From NCBI GenBank assembly GCA_964575135.1, contig CAZNQX010000002.1:1091-44864 (forward strand): DNA of 43,774 nucleotides, read 5' to 3'. Below the pieces are notes generated by a model that saw only the letters and a list, made by a program, of their open reading frames with translations, was not told the DNA's origin and ran no database searches. The number at the start of each line of letters is the position of its first letter. Positions within the stretch are counted from its first letter, which is position 1. A program made the position numbers and the translations under genes. The DNA is from an uncultured Planctomycetaceae bacterium (GTDB lineage: Bacteria; Planctomycetota; Planctomycetia; Planctomycetales; Planctomycetaceae). This document shows positions 1-7,866 of the stretch, piece after piece.

Positions 1-295
1 CGCTGTGCGTGCTGCCGTAGTGGTCGAACTCGATGTCGAACCCTTCGAAGTCACGCCGATGTTCGTCGTGGACGCGAGCGATGAACTCTTCTTCGCTGAC
101 GCCGGCTTTCTTCGCCGAAAGCATGATCGCCGTGCCGTGGGTGTCGTCGGCACAGAAAAACCGGCAGCGTCGCCCCCGCAGCTTCTGATACCGCACCCAG
201 ATATCCGTCTGGATGTATTCGACGAGATGACCGATGTGGATCGGCCCGTTCGCATAAGGCAGCGCGGCTGTGACGAGAATACGGCGGTCCGACAT
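1..295 (-). CDS. metG: Methionyl-tRNA synthetase, N-terminal fragment (the gene continues past the left edge of the window)
   Basis: Not in the ORF track because it is open at the window edge. The reverse complement from the ATG at 295-293 reads [71 protein letters not shown]. It contains the class I HIGH motif and the MetRS-typical PYANG and ADDTHG blocks. Confidence 0.85.
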   Translation of the reverse strand, partial: MSDRRILVTAALPYANGPIHIGHLVEYIQTDIWVRYQKLRGRRCRFFCADDTHGTAIMLSAKKAGVSEEEFIARVHDEHRRDFEGFDIEFDHYGSTHS

Positions 296-607
296 GCGGG
301 ATTCGCAGTGAAGAGAGAGGCGCTTGAAGGTCTCGGGGGTTCAACGAGGCGGCATTCTAGCCGAGTCCGCCCGACGACACGAGGTTCGCGCCGCCTGAAA
401 GATGGTCTCGCCCGGCAACCGCCCAGCCTGCGAGGCGATCGTCGGCCGAGAGGCCGGCGGAGCACTCCCTATGACGCGACGCGTTAGCTCCATCCGGAGC
501 AAACGTCTTGCCTGTAGGGATCGGTCGCGTATACCGTGAACCGATACGGATCTTTGTCTGCGGTTTCGCGGCGGTATGCCGTCGTCCCAGAATTGCGGAA
601 TCCCACC

Positions 608-1633
608 ATGCGACGGATCGTCATTGCCCTGCTGATCATTTCGATGTGCCCGTTTGTGGAAGCCGCCGATGCGGATGCCCGCGTCGACGGGTCCGTGCGT
701 GCGGCCCTGGGCTACCTCGCCAGGACACAAACGAAGCAGGGATACTGGTCGGCCAACGGCAACCAGTACAAGGTCGCGATGACGGCTCTCGCCGGCAATG
801 CGATGCTCTGTGAAGGCAGCACAACGACCCGCGGCCAATACGCCGAGAACATCCGGTCGGCCGTCGACTTCCTGCTGAGCTGCAGCCAGGACAACGGTCT
901 GATCGGTTTTCGCGACGACTTCCATTACACCTACGGACACGGCTTCAGCATGCTGTTCCTGTCGCAGGTGTATGGCGAAGAAGAAGACGCCGAACGCCGC
1001 GAAGAACTCAAGGACGTATTGACCAGGGCCGTCGAGTTCACCGTCTTCGCCCAGACCAGCCGCGGCGGCTGGGGCTACGTGTCGGCCAAGGACGGCAACG
1101 ACTTCGACGAGGGCAGCACCTGCGTCACCCAGGTTCAGGGATTGCGGGCCTGCCGCAATGCGGGAATCGCCGTCCCCAAAGAATCCATCGACCGGGCCGT
1201 CAAGTACATCAGCGACTGCATGACGCCCGAGGGGGGCGTGCAGTACAGCATTCGCGGCGGCGGGGCGCGTCCGGCGATCAGCGGAGCCGCGATCGCCTGC
1301 CTGTTCAATGCCGGAGAACAGGACGACCCGATGGCCGACAAGTTGCTGGAATACTGTTCGAAGAACATCTGGCCGGGCACGGCCGCCGGTAACAGCTATT
1401 TCGGACACTGGCACTACGCCCACTTCTACTACGCGCAGGTCATGTACCGCGACGAGGAGCAATGGCCGAAGTATTTTGACTTCGTCAAAGAGGAGATCCT
1501 CGCCAAGCAGACCCGCAACGGCCCTGATGACGGCGCCTGGATCGACGGACACATCGGCCCGGTCTACACGACGAGCATCAACGCCACGATCCTGCAGCTC
1601 GACAACGGTTTCCTGCCGATCTACCAGCGGTGA
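608..1633 (+). CDS. Secreted prenyltransferase/squalene-oxidase-repeat (terpenoid-cyclase-like alpha/alpha toroid) protein
   Basis: ORF 536..1633. I prefer the internal ATG at 608, which gives the signal peptide MRRIVIALLIISMCPFVEAADA. Repeated QW-like motifs are present (TQTKQGYW, AQTSRGGWGY, TPEGGVQY, RNGPDDGAW). The function call rests on motifs only. Confidence 0.7.
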   Translation: MRRIVIALLIISMCPFVEAADADARVDGSVRAALGYLARTQTKQGYWSANGNQYKVAMTALAGNAMLCEGSTTTRGQYAENIRSAVDFLLSCSQDNGLIGFRDDFHYTYGHGFSMLFLSQVYGEEEDAERREELKDVLTRAVEFTVFAQTSRGGWGYVSAKDGNDFDEGSTCVTQVQGLRACRNAGIAVPKESIDRAVKYISDCMTPEGGVQYSIRGGGARPAISGAAIACLFNAGEQDDPMADKLLEYCSKNIWPGTAAGNSYFGHWHYAHFYYAQVMYRDEEQWPKYFDFVKEEILAKQTRNGPDDGAWIDGHIGPVYTTSINATILQLDNGFLPIYQR

Positions 1634-1775
1634 GTGGTCGTCGACCTGGCTTGGCGTCGGCGTCGGCGTCCGAAGAGAATCAATCCGGTCGCGAGCACGG
1701 CGTTCGGCAAGCGGCGTCGATGTCGGGCGGATTCATGACGTGGCTCTCTGCCGCATGAACGCAGCGCGAGCCGTT

Positions 1776-1805
1776 CCGGTTCAAGTCAGAATGTCCTTGA
1801 ACCGG
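1776..1805 (+). terminator. Perfect 10-bp-stem hairpin downstream of the prenyltransferase-like gene
   Basis: ccggttcaag / tcagaatgtc / cttgaaccgg. No T-run follows, so it could equally be a structure in the typA leader. Confidence 0.3.
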
Positions 1806-2011
1806 CACGCCAGAATCGCCCTTTCTCGTGGGATTCCCTTCCGCTTGATCTTCCCAAATCGGGGGTGCCCCCCGTATGATACCTCACCTCTTTTACCCAC
1901 TTGCCGGTGCGCCCAGGTTCCCATCCGGGGCCGCGTAGCGGCAAGTGCTGGCGGGATCCGATGCCGCATCATCCTGCCACCCCACCCTTGCCTCCCGCCC
2001 CAGCTGCGCCC

Positions 2012-3853
<1,842 letters not shown>

Positions 3854-3858
3854 AAGGC

Positions 3859-3882
3859 CGCTTGCATCGGTTTCGGCAAGCG
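3859..3882 (+). terminator. Weak hairpin just after the typA stop
   Basis: cgcttgc / 10-nt loop / gcaagcg, 6 nt after the TAA. No T-run. Confidence 0.3.
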
Positions 3883-3919
3883 TGGAACATCAGGCGATGC
3901 GGGTGTTCCCACGCGCGTC

Positions 3920-4591
3920 GTGCTGCAAACGACCGACATGTCAGTCGCTCTGCCTCTCACCGCTCGCTCGTTACAGGCTGGTCGGATCGAATTCGCTGCC
4001 CCCGACAAGGATGACCCGGATCAGCGTGTGCGGGTCGTATCGGCACCGCTGCCGTTCGCCGAGTCCGACGATCTGGAAGCGATCGAAGAGAAAGCCTACG
4101 CTCATCTCGGCAGAGTGCCGGACGACACCGTTTATCTGATCGATGGAGACCACCGGCTGGTTCGCAGCCTTTCAATCGACAACCGAAAGAGCCACGAGTC
4201 GATTGAACGATTGGCACGGTGGTTGGCGATCGGCTGGGTGCTTCTGTTCTTCTGCGTGATCCTGTTCGCAGTGACGGCGATTGCCGGCCTGCCGGCATGG
4301 CCGGGCCTCATTTCGTTTGCGATCGTGGGTTCGTTCTATCTCGGCCTCGTCCTGCTGAGAATCCAGAACGAAGTGGAAGCCGCCTTTCTGTGCTTCATTA
4401 TTTTGGTGCTCATTCTTCTGCTGGTTCCCGCAGTCCGGGGGGGCCGCGAACGGGCCGAAGCGAACCAGAACAAGCAGACCCAATGCTTCCCCACACCTCC
4501 CTGTTGGGAAATTTCCACACGCAACGCCATTCTGAAAGCCGTCGTCGATGCCGACTCGCTTGAGGGATACTGCACCGTGCCGAACTGCTGA
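3920..4591 (+). CDS. Hypothetical membrane protein with a Cys-containing C-terminal tail
   Basis: ORF 3920..4591. Third-position GC bias fits the neighbouring genes. There are three hydrophobic helices (WLAIGWVLLFFCVILFAVTAIAGL, LISFAIVGSFYLGLVLL, AAFLCFIILVLILLLVP). The tail is QCFPTPPCWE...GYCTVPNC. The stop lies 15 nt before the next start. An alternative start is the ATG at 3938. Confidence 0.5.
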   Translation: MLQTTDMSVALPLTARSLQAGRIEFAAPDKDDPDQRVRVVSAPLPFAESDDLEAIEEKAYAHLGRVPDDTVYLIDGDHRLVRSLSIDNRKSHESIERLARWLAIGWVLLFFCVILFAVTAIAGLPAWPGLISFAIVGSFYLGLVLLRIQNEVEAAFLCFIILVLILLLVPAVRGGRERAEANQNKQTQCFPTPPCWEISTRNAILKAVVDADSLEGYCTVPNC

Positions 4592-4606
4592 TCAGGGACA
4601 CTTCGC

Positions 4607-5353
4607 ATGCCCCTCCATGACTGGACCCGCGTCGATGCCGGCATTTTTCATGCCTTCCATCACAACTGGATCACCGAGATCTCACGCACGCTGAACAACG
4701 GCGTGCTGTCGGCCGACTACTATGCCTTGCCGGAACAGTTCGCCGGCAGGTTCGGTCCCGATGTTCTGACGTTGAAGCACCCCGGCGGTGAATTCCGGAA
4801 CGTTGGCCCGATGGAAGCCATTCCGCAGGGAAGCATCGCTCTTGCGACTGCGCCGTCAGCCGTCCGATTCCGACTGGGAACCGAAGCGAACCGATACGCC
4901 GCGAAAGCGAAATCCGTGGTCGTCCGCCATGTGAGCCGCCATCAAGTCGTGGCGATGATCGAGATCCTTTCTCCGGGAAATAAAAATAATCGAAGCGGTC
5001 TGGACGCTTTCGTGCGAAAGTCGCAGGAGGCGCTTGCCGCCGGCATCCATTTGCTGCTGATCGACCTGTTCCCGCCCGGACCGCGGGACCGCCAGGGAAT
5101 TCACGGCGCCATCTGGGGCGACGACGGCGCCGATCCGTTCGTGCTTCCCGAAGACAAGCCGTTGACGTGCGTCGCCTACGTCGGCGGAAGCGCTGCCGAA
5201 GCGTCCCTCGAACCGCTGGCCGTGGGTGACTTGCTGCCCGAAATGCCCTTGTTCTTGACACCCGACTTCTACGTGTCGGTTCCACTGGATACGACCTATC
5301 GCGCAGCTTGGAACGACATGCCGGGGTACTGGTGCGAGATGCTGGAACAATAG
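4607..5353 (+). CDS. DUF4058-like conserved hypothetical protein
   Basis: ORF 4607..5353. The N-terminus MPLHDWTRVDAGIFHAFHHNWITEISRTLNNGVL...YYALPEQ matches my memory of a widespread cyanobacterial/planctomycete family annotated as DUF4058. The family name is recalled, not searched. Confidence 0.65.
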   Translation: MPLHDWTRVDAGIFHAFHHNWITEISRTLNNGVLSADYYALPEQFAGRFGPDVLTLKHPGGEFRNVGPMEAIPQGSIALATAPSAVRFRLGTEANRYAAKAKSVVVRHVSRHQVVAMIEILSPGNKNNRSGLDAFVRKSQEALAAGIHLLLIDLFPPGPRDRQGIHGAIWGDDGADPFVLPEDKPLTCVAYVGGSAAEASLEPLAVGDLLPEMPLFLTPDFYVSVPLDTTYRAAWNDMPGYWCEMLEQ

Positions 5354-5416
5354 CGGCCTCAGCAGCGGCTGGCCGTCGCCTCATCCGCTGCCAACAATGA
5401 CCACGGAAGGTCAAAT

Positions 5417-6283
5417 ATGTCGCAGGTCGAACTGAGAACAAAACCCACCATCCTGATGTGCCCCCCCAAGCACTACGGGATCGAGTACGAGATCAATCCG
5501 TGGATGAGCCGGCAGCGGCCCGCCGATCGTGCGATCGCGACCCGGCAGTGGACGGGGTTGAAGAATCTTCTCGAATCGCTCGGTGTCGACGTGAGGCTGC
5601 AGGAACCGGTCGCCGGGCTGCCCGATCTCGTCTTCACGGCGAATGCGGGACTTGTCTGTCACGATGTCGTCTACCTGTCGCAGTTTCGCCACTCGGCCCG
5701 GCAGGGAGAGACGCCGCTCGACAAAGCCTGGTTCGAAGCCAACGGCTTTCGGACCGTCACGCTACCCGAGGGGCTCGACTTCGAAGGGGCCGGCGACGCT
5801 CTCTTCTGCGGCGAGACGCTTTTCGCCGGCTATCACATTCGCAGTAGCGCCGCCGCAATGCAGTGGGTCGCCCAGCAGATCGGCTGCCGCGTCATCCCGC
5901 TGCAACTGGTGTCGGGCTACTACTACCACCTCGACACCTGCTTCTGCCCGCTCGATGCGCAGACCGCGCTCTATTTTCCCGGAGCATTCGACGAGTACGC
6001 CCGCCGGGCACTCGCGGCCCACGTCCCGCACCTGATCGAAGTGGAACAGACCGAAGCCGAGCGCTTCGCCTGCAACGCGGTCGTGGTCGGCAAGCACGTC
6101 GTGACAAACACCGGCTGCCCGGCCCTGCACAGAGAGCTTTCTCGCCGCGGCTTCACGGCGCACGAAACTCCGCTCGACGAGTTCCTCAAAGCCGGCGGCA
6201 GTGCGAAGTGCCTCACGCTGCGTCTGGACGGAGAAGATGCGGCGATCTGGCCGAAAGCCGACCACATCGGTCGATCAATTTGA
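5417..6283 (+). CDS. Amidinotransferase / dimethylarginine dimethylaminohydrolase-like enzyme (guanidino-group-modifying superfamily)
   Basis: ORF 5417..6283. It reads ILMCPPKHYGIEYEINPWM, has a HLDTCF block, and ends with GGSAKCLTLRL, the position of the catalytic Cys. A GGAAGG Shine-Dalgarno-like sequence lies 6 nt upstream of the ATG. Confidence 0.85.
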   Translation: MSQVELRTKPTILMCPPKHYGIEYEINPWMSRQRPADRAIATRQWTGLKNLLESLGVDVRLQEPVAGLPDLVFTANAGLVCHDVVYLSQFRHSARQGETPLDKAWFEANGFRTVTLPEGLDFEGAGDALFCGETLFAGYHIRSSAAAMQWVAQQIGCRVIPLQLVSGYYYHLDTCFCPLDAQTALYFPGAFDEYARRALAAHVPHLIEVEQTEAERFACNAVVVGKHVVTNTGCPALHRELSRRGFTAHETPLDEFLKAGGSAKCLTLRLDGEDAAIWPKADHIGRSI

Positions 6284-6315
6284 GTGAATAAGAGCGTTCG
6301 ATGGGCAATCGGGCG

Positions 6316-6948
6316 TCAGCGCCGATCACGGCGCAGTCGCAGCAAGTGCTCGTCGTGAAGTGGAGACAGCAGCACCAAAGCGGCAATTGCGCCGATCAGG
6401 CAGCAGAACATGTCCCACTGGGTGTCCCACGGGTCGCCCTGTTCGGCCAGGGCGTCTTCGCGGCCGGCACCGGTGAAGATCGCCACCCACCATTCGAGAA
6501 GCTCAAAAAACGCACTGAACGCCAGGCAGACGCAGACGACCAGAAACGACAGCCACTTGCCTCGAACGAGCGGGCTTCGTCGCAACAGGATTTCCCGCGC
6601 GAGGATCGCCGGGACGAAGCCCTGCAACAGATGCCCGATTCGATCGTAAGGGTTCCGTTTCAGAGCAAAGAAATCCTGTAACCACTCGCCCGGTGGTGTG
6701 AGCGTGTAGGTGTAGTGACCGCCCACAACCAGAAATACGGCATGCAGGGCCAACAGGCGTTCCAGCAATGGCGTCAGCGGAAAACGGTGCCGCGTCGCGA
6801 TCACCAGCGGCAAGCCGATCGCCACCCAGAACACTTCCGCCGCCCACGCTCCCCAATGGTACGGCTTCCAGGCCGACCAGAGCAGCGCCGCAGCGACGAT
6901 CAACACAAGAATCGGCTGTTCGAATGGTAACCGCTTCATCGACGTCAT
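6316..6948 (-). CDS. DUF2238 (YjdF-like) inner-membrane protein
   Basis: ORF 6316..6948. It is multi-pass, with the blocks GGHYTYTLTP, NPYDRIGHLLQGFVPA and QGDPWDTQWDM that I remember as typical of YjdF-like proteins. Confidence 0.8.
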   Translation of the reverse strand: MTSMKRLPFEQPILVLIVAAALLWSAWKPYHWGAWAAEVFWVAIGLPLVIATRHRFPLTPLLERLLALHAVFLVVGGHYTYTLTPPGEWLQDFFALKRNPYDRIGHLLQGFVPAILAREILLRRSPLVRGKWLSFLVVCVCLAFSAFFELLEWWVAIFTGAGREDALAEQGDPWDTQWDMFCCLIGAIAALVLLSPLHDEHLLRLRRDRR

Positions 6949-7322
6949 GCAGGCGTTGTAACATGGAACCGGCCGCGTCGCATGTTCGACCGGCCTTTCC
7001 GATTCCGTACTGGAATCCAGGTACGGATTTCCAGCCGGTGCTCATCACAATCCCTGAGTTCGATATGGCGCACTGTCCCCGTACCCGCACGCGATCGAGT
7101 CGGATGGACTGTGTCCACCGATCCGTTGCCTTCGAGTGCTGAGGGCCATCGCCCAATCTCCTGGCTCCCGTCCTCCCGACTGCTGTCACAAAAATCCAGG
7201 GCGCCCTGGTGGTTCATGGGGAGCTGCGAGAGTGTTTCTCCGGCGAGTTCGATCGAACTTCCGGCATCACTCGCAGCCTCGCCGGCCTGCAAAACCGGTG
7301 GGTCTTGCAGGGGGCGGATCAA
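6945..7322 (-). CDS. Possible small hypothetical protein (125 aa) overlapping the DUF2238 gene start
   Basis: ORF 6945..7322. Its TGA overlaps the ATG of the DUF2238 gene (ATGA at 6945-6948). Third-position GC is only moderate, the C-terminus is Arg-rich, and I recognise no motif. Confidence 0.25.
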   Translation of the reverse strand: MIRPLQDPPVLQAGEAASDAGSSIELAGETLSQLPMNHQGALDFCDSSREDGSQEIGRWPSALEGNGSVDTVHPTRSRAGTGTVRHIELRDCDEHRLEIRTWIPVRNRKGRSNMRRGRFHVTTPA

Positions 7323-7345
7323 AACATGGGGCCGTCAGTCGGCAG

Positions 7346-7371
7346 CACGGGAAAGGTCCGGACTTCCCGTG
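7346..7371. repeat. Near-perfect palindrome; its first 16 nt form the left copy of a long-range inverted repeat
   Basis: cacgggaa-aggtccggac-ttcccgtg forms an 8-bp stem, and the loop contains the gtcc/ggac palindrome. The 16-mer cacgggaaaggtccgg (7346-7361) recurs as an exact reverse complement at 7803-7818. Confidence 0.8.
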
Positions 7372-7465
7372 CCTGGCCAACGGCTTGGCACGTGCCTTCT
7401 ACTTAACCGGTCGCGCGATTCGTTTTTCGACGTAAGTCGTTATTTCTCGGTCGGGGCTGATGAGA

Positions 7466-7497
7466 TTTCCGGAGATTTTTTGAAAATTTTCCGGAAA
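7466..7497. repeat. AT-rich palindromic hairpin (TTTCCGGA ... TCCGGAAA)
   Basis: tttccgga / gattttttgaaaattt / tccggaaa. The second arm is part of the self-complementary decamer TTTCCGGAAA. This is the lowest-GC patch of the intergenic gap. Confidence 0.6.
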
Positions 7498-7802
7498 GCG
7501 AAGCCCGAAGTCTGTGGCGGCGCGCAGACGGGAACGCCCGCACGGCAACCAGCGGTGCCTTTGACCGTCCTGTGTCCGTCCCGGTGGACAGACTCCCTAT
7601 TTGCTGGAAAGCCGAGACCTTCCTACGATTGGCCTGACCGATCCGGAATGATCCACGCTGGGAACCAGCCGTGTGGTTCGGCAAATCTGCTCCGCACCCG
7701 CCATGGCAGAACCCACGCCCTGACGGAATCCGCATCCTGCCGACAGGCAACCCCATCCGATCACGTCCGACGTTGCAGACGACAACCTTCGCGCCGGCAG
7801 AA

Positions 7803-7818
7803 CCGGACCTTTCCCGTG
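7803..7818. repeat. Right copy of the 16-bp inverted repeat, 48 nt upstream of the Hsp70-like start
   Basis: ccggacctttcccgtg is the exact reverse complement of 7346-7361. Confidence 0.8.
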
Positions 7819-7866
7819 ACGTTTCGACGTTCCTTTTAATCCTCAGAAGAGGCTGGCGCCTCCCGC

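Noticed and set aside
5-487. Plus-strand 160-aa ORF and minus-strand 97-aa ORF (51-344) at the left edge.
   Set aside because: The minus-strand frame ending at the ATG at 295 encodes an unmistakable MetRS N-terminus. The listed ORFs are out-of-frame shadows of it.
1901-2011. 37-codon N-terminal extension of typA in the ORF track (MPVRPGSHPG...PPAPAAP).
   Set aside because: It is Pro/Arg-rich and has no counterpart in BipA proteins. The ATG at 2012 gives the canonical MRRDDVRNIAIIAHVDHGKTT start. The true start remains unverified.
7349-7362. GGGAAAGGTCCGGA, reminiscent of the RNase P RNA P4 region (GAGGAAAGUCCGG).
   Set aside because: There is an extra G within the motif, and none of the other conserved RNase P blocks are visible in the surrounding ~400 nt on either strand.
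7457-7511. Hammerhead-ribozyme-like pattern: CUGAUGAG (7457-7464), then an 8-bp stem II-like hairpin (7466-7497), then CGAA (7499-7502).
   Set aside because: The core is incomplete. The base after GAA is G rather than the conserved A15.1. I could not build a convincing stem I/stem III pair or a GUH cleavage site in type I, II or III topology. An Infernal scan would settle it.
7479-7511. RpoH-like heat-shock promoter (TTTGAAA ... CCCGAAGT) upstream of the Hsp70-like gene.
   Set aside because: The spacer is ~18 nt instead of 13-15, and the -10 element matches only partially. This is not enough support.
6982-7839. 285-aa plus-strand ORF, along with other ORFs at 7136-7435, 7403-7873(-) and 7597-7785(-), filling the long gap upstream of the Hsp70-like gene.
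   Set aside because: The translations are Ser/Arg/Pro-rich without hydrophobic periodicity or motifs. I treat the region as non-coding.
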